From Leucoraja ocellata (lineage: Eukaryota), in the NCBI GenBank assembly GCA_036785375.1, contig JAWMAR010000030.1, forward strand, positions 1,302,001 through 1,366,000: a DNA stretch of 64,000 nucleotides, in the 5' to 3' direction. The notes below the pieces were generated by a model that was not told the DNA's origin, searched no databases, and saw nothing but the letters and a program-made list of their open reading frames with translations. Below are positions 59,621-64,000 of this stretch, in pieces. Position numbers and translations under genes: made by a program. How positions within the stretch are numbered: the stretch's first letter is position 1; every line of letters starts with the position of its first letter.

Positions 59621-62600
59621 TACTTGTCCCACGTCTTCCTGAAGGTTTGACTGTTGCTGCTGCAACCCCTTCCCCTGGGGTGTGTGCATAAGAGCAGAAT
59701 TTGGCCATTCAGCCCATCATGCCTCACGGGTCGACGGTCGATAGTTGGTGAGAGCGTGGAGGGTCGCCATGAGGGAAGGGAAGGGAAGGACAATGGAGGA
59801 CCTGGCGTGGGGGGGACCGCCGTGAGGGGGAGGGGGGTGGTGAAGAACAATGGACATTGGGGAGGAAGGGAGAACAAAGGACAATGGGGACCTGGTGTGG
59901 GAGGACCGCCACGAGGGAGAGGAACAAAAAGAGCCGGCGTCCTTTGTAGCTTTGCCAGCGTCAAGACACGGGGTGGTCACTATTTGTATAAATTGAGTAT
60001 ACAAGCGAAGAATTTCACTGTCTTGTGACGTGACAATAAGGTATTCCGTTCCAAGTCTACTCCGTCATTCAATTATGGCTGATCTATCTTTCCCATTTAA
60101 CCCCTGCCTTCTTCCCATAACCCCTGACACCCTGACTCAAGCACCAGTTATGCCGCAGGGGGTGGAAACCAAGACCATTCGATGACACCTTATGCCCACC
60201 ATGGCCTTTTACACTGTTTCCAAATGTGTATGATGAATACAGCCATGAATAAGCAGCTGCAAAACATTTAAAAATAAATGGACAGCACAATGGCCCAATT
60301 GGTAGGGTTGCTGCTTTACAGTGCCAGAGACTCGGGTTTGATCCAGGCTCTGGGTGCTGTCTGTACGGAGTTTGTACGTTCTCACTGTGATCACATGAGT
60401 TTTCTCCGGGTGCTCCAGTTTCCTCCCACATCCCAAACAAGTGCAGATTTGTAGGTTCATTGGCTTCTGTAAATTTTCCCTAGTGTGTAGGATAGAACTA
60501 ATGTACGGGTAGTATGAGCTAGTCTACAGTACACATATTGGAGTATACATTGCACTTATATATTATCTGACAAAATGGGTGATCCAATAGGTAAGTTATC
60601 TCGCTCCACTTTCTGAAGCAGGAAGGTTGTGAAAAGGACTAGTGACTTGTTTGCTGTGTCTGTCAGGTGTGGCTCAGCAGGGGGACAAACCCTTGTTTGT
60701 GGGTTAAAAGACTACAGGTTCACATCCCACTCCAGAGACTTGAGGTAGTACCACACTACCAGATGAGCTGTTTCCTAATAAACAAGTTATATAAAATTAT
60801 AGTATGTAGACAACTGCTTCAATGGGGTGAAAGGGGGTTAGGGGCCAGAGTTTGGATATTAACACAAGGTCCTGTCCGACCTTCTGAGGAGGCATAATGG
60901 ATCCCATGGCATGAATTTCAGCAGACATTATCCCCCATTACTGGGGCCAATATTTATTTTTTAATCTGCACCACCGAATCTGATAGCTATTATCATATAC
61001 CTATGAGCTTCCTGTGCACAAGGTCGGTGTTTGCTAACTTAAACAGGGAGATGCAGAGGAATTTAACACTTCTGATAGGGTGAAACAGAATTACAAGCCC
61101 CATTTCTATTTTCATCATGTATGTAAATCCATGTAATATCTGTATATGTGTTAGGAGTTATGGGGAGAAGGCAGGAGAATGGGGTTAAGGGGGAAAGATA
61201 GATCAGCCATGATTGAATGGCGGAGTAGACTTCATCAGCCGAATGGCCTAATTCTGCTCCTATCACTTGTGAACTCATAGCCAGATGCAGTAATTAGGAA
61301 CACAGCAGCAACAGTACTGCAAGCTAACTGCAGAGGATGCTGCTGAGTTCACAAGGGCATGTGAGGGCTTGTGTGAAATTGCAGTATTTCCAGTTTGTGA
61401 TGATCACTGCAATTTATTTATTTCATTAGAATTTGGATGTTTAAGGATCGTCATAGAAAGATGACGTGTAAAAGATTTGAAGAGTCAACTCTTGAAATTC
61501 TAGTGGACAAAAAGCACAAGGAACACTGCAGAGGAAAAGACTGCAGACAAGCAAGGTGAAAGTGAGTGACAATTAATTTCAACCGACCGGTGAAATCACG
61601 CAGCTTGTACTTTTCAGTGTTACAGTGTTAAATACTTTGTGTTAGGAGAGAGGTGTATGATGGGGACGATATGTGGCGATCCACTTCTATCAGAAAAGCA
61701 GGAAGGTTTTTCTCTGCAAAATTGAAGTCACTGGAGTATTTAAAAAGGTTTAAATATTCAATTAAAGGAACTTAGACACATAAGTCCATTCATTACTAAT
61801 GTGAACAAATTGATGTCATCTACACGATACGTTTTTTTAATGTGTTTGTTAACTTGTAGGTTGCTGTTTATTGCATACGGAGTTAGTTACAGTCTTTAGC
61901 ATAAGTTGGTATAATAGATAGTACTTTGGCTGTGGGCTTGGTTTTTCTTGGTTGAGCGCTTATCCTGGTGTTATCGCACATGTATTGTAATTGTAATTTG
62001 CGTTATATCCACTTTGAGTAAATAAGTATGCACACAAACGATTTCAAGGTATATAATAACACAGGTTAAATTATTGAGCCATCAGCAGCGTTCTGCACCA
62101 TTGATCCAGTCATGGCAGCAGGAAATTTAAATTTGCGTAATTAAAGCCAGACGCAGCAATGATGATCGTGACATTACTGGATTGCTGTTAAAAACCCATC
62201 AGGTTCACCAATGTCCTGACAAATGCGACTCCACTAAATGTGGAGACCAAGGGTCACACAAAGGGTGGTGGGTGTATGGAACAAGCTGCCAGAGGAGGTA
62301 GTTGAGGCAGGGACTATCCCATCATTTAAGAAACAGTTAGACAGGTAAATGGGTAGGACAGGTTTGGAGGGATATGGATCAAGCACGGGCAGGTGGGGCT
62401 AGTGTAGCTGGGGCATGTTGGCCAGCATGGACAAGTTTCCACACTGTATCACTATGACACTATTTAAGAAGGAAAATAGATTTTTAAAAAAAGAGGGACC
62501 TATTGATCTGCCAGCCTTGTATTCATAGTTGGGAAATGTTTTAGTCACTAATAATAAGAGGCATTTAGGCAGGCACATGAACAGACAGGGAATGGAGGGA

Positions 62601-63040
62601 TATAGAACACATGCAGGCAGATGGGATTAGTTTAATTTAACATCATAGTTGGCACGTATCAAATTAGGGAACATTATTTGCATTATGTAAAATAATTAAT
62701 TATAACTAGATTTTGTTTGTGGAGGAGAGAACCAGTTCAAATTTATTTTAGAATTGACAAGTCTTGAATAAAAGCAGCATAGACACCAAAAATCCTGTTT
62801 CCATGTAATTCCCTGCAGTAATTGAACATTATTGTCTCGAAGAACACAGCTGCCATTTTAACCATGGGTGACCACTGAAATTGATAAGCAATTAGTCAGA
62901 AGAAGGGTCTCGACCTGAAACGTCACCCATTCCTTCTCTCCAGAGATGCTGTCTGTTCCTCTGTGTTACTCCCGCATTTTGGGTCTATCTTCGGTTTAAA
63001 CCAGCATCTGCAGTTCCTTCCTGCAGTAAACATTTGCACA

Positions 63041-63090
63041 ATGCTGCTCTATTAAATAATATATATATATATTATTTAATAGAGCAGCAT
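63041..63090. repeat. Perfect 50-bp AT-rich palindrome
   Basis: ATGCTGCTCTATTAAATAAT-ATATATATAT-ATTATTTAATAGAGCAGCAT is fully self-complementary. Confidence 0.95.
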
Positions 63091-63559
63091 ATATATATAT
63101 ATAAGCCTTTGTTAGTTTTAGCTTGCAGTAGCAAAAATAAACTTATTGTCATTGAAAATACTTTTATTTCGTTTTCAAAATCCTTACTTGGGTCAGAAAT
63201 GCTGTTGCAAGCAAGAATTTAATTGCTGTGTTGCCTCTTCACATTAATATTAAACACTCTAGACTATTTTTGAAAATCTTGTGGGAAAAATATCTTTGTT
63301 ATTGTAAGATTGAAACTCTGGCCCTTAGCCCCCCCTTTCCCCATCCATTGACACAATTGTCTGCATAATACAACCTGTATATTTATTATTATTATTAAAT
63401 CGTTGAAAACACTAGCGACGCAGTGGTGCTGGTTTCCGACGGGCATTCCTCACAATACAATGTACGGCAGTGATCGCAACTTCTACTGAAGTGCGGTCAC
63501 TTCATTGAAACTTCTATATAACATGAAGTTTCTTAGGAATGCAACTACCATGCTCCAGC

Positions 63560-63960
63560 AGATAATATGATAGATAACCTGTATTTGGATGTACAGAGGC
63601 TGTCGGTAAGGTCCCACACAGTAAGGTCATGCATAGGGTTGGAACACATGGAGTTGGAGGTTATATACTAGTGTGGTTAAGAATTAATTAGCGGCTACAA
63701 AACAAAGAGTTGGAATATATTATTGGGTTGGCAGGCTGTGACTAATGGAATACCACAAGACCTGACTGTTCACAATCGTCATCAGTGGTGTGGCTGACAG
63801 ACCAAAGGTAATGTACCCAAGTGTGCTGACAACATGAAACTAAGTGGAAGAGGAGGCACAGAGGCTTCAAAAGGACGCAGACCAGTTGAGTGAGTGGGTA
63901 GTAACAGAGCAGATGGGCTGGTGTGTGAAACAAACACATCAGTAGGAAACAAAATACAAG
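63560..63960 (+). mobile_element. Highly decayed CR1 RT fragment
   Basis: YLDVQRLS / KVPH / KQRVG / WQAVTNGIPQ remnants. Confidence 0.6.
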
Positions 63961-64000
63961 TGCTGAGTATTTTTTTTAAAGGAAACAGACACTGGTGTTC

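Noticed and set aside
61430-61561. Possible plus-strand coding exon (AG...GTGAGT)
   Set aside because: No recognisable protein similarity, and every frame hits a stop before the best donor.

Overview
This is vertebrate genomic DNA, most likely from a cartilaginous fish (skate, ray or shark). That assignment is inferred from the repeat complement: HE1/V-type SINEs, CR1 LINEs with (CATAGAAA)n tails, and abundant Penelope-type pLTR remnants. Bases 1-16 kb hold the 5' half of CHUK (IKK-alpha) on the minus strand: 10 coding exons reconstructed by hand, all GT-AG and phase-consistent, plus a probable upstream non-coding exon in a GC-rich promoter carrying NRF1-like and ZNF143/THAP11-like motifs. 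I recognised no host protein-coding gene in the remaining 48 kb. Instead, about 18.6-54 kb is a self-duplicated non-coding locus built from a few modules: a T-rich CpG-retaining array, 4-5 copies of a promoter-like cassette (MYB, E2F, CCAAT motifs), a 31/33-bp minisatellite, duplicated plus-strand exon-like units, pogo/Tigger transposase relics and a ~5-kb shuffled macro-repeat with C/D-box-like motifs. Nested L1, CR1 and foldback insertions have inflated this region. The leading hypothesis (inference only) is a divergently transcribed germline lncRNA or piRNA-cluster-like locus. Minimal hammerhead-ribozyme cores occur in the Penelope-type repeats. Repeat boundaries were read by eye and are approximate unless stated.
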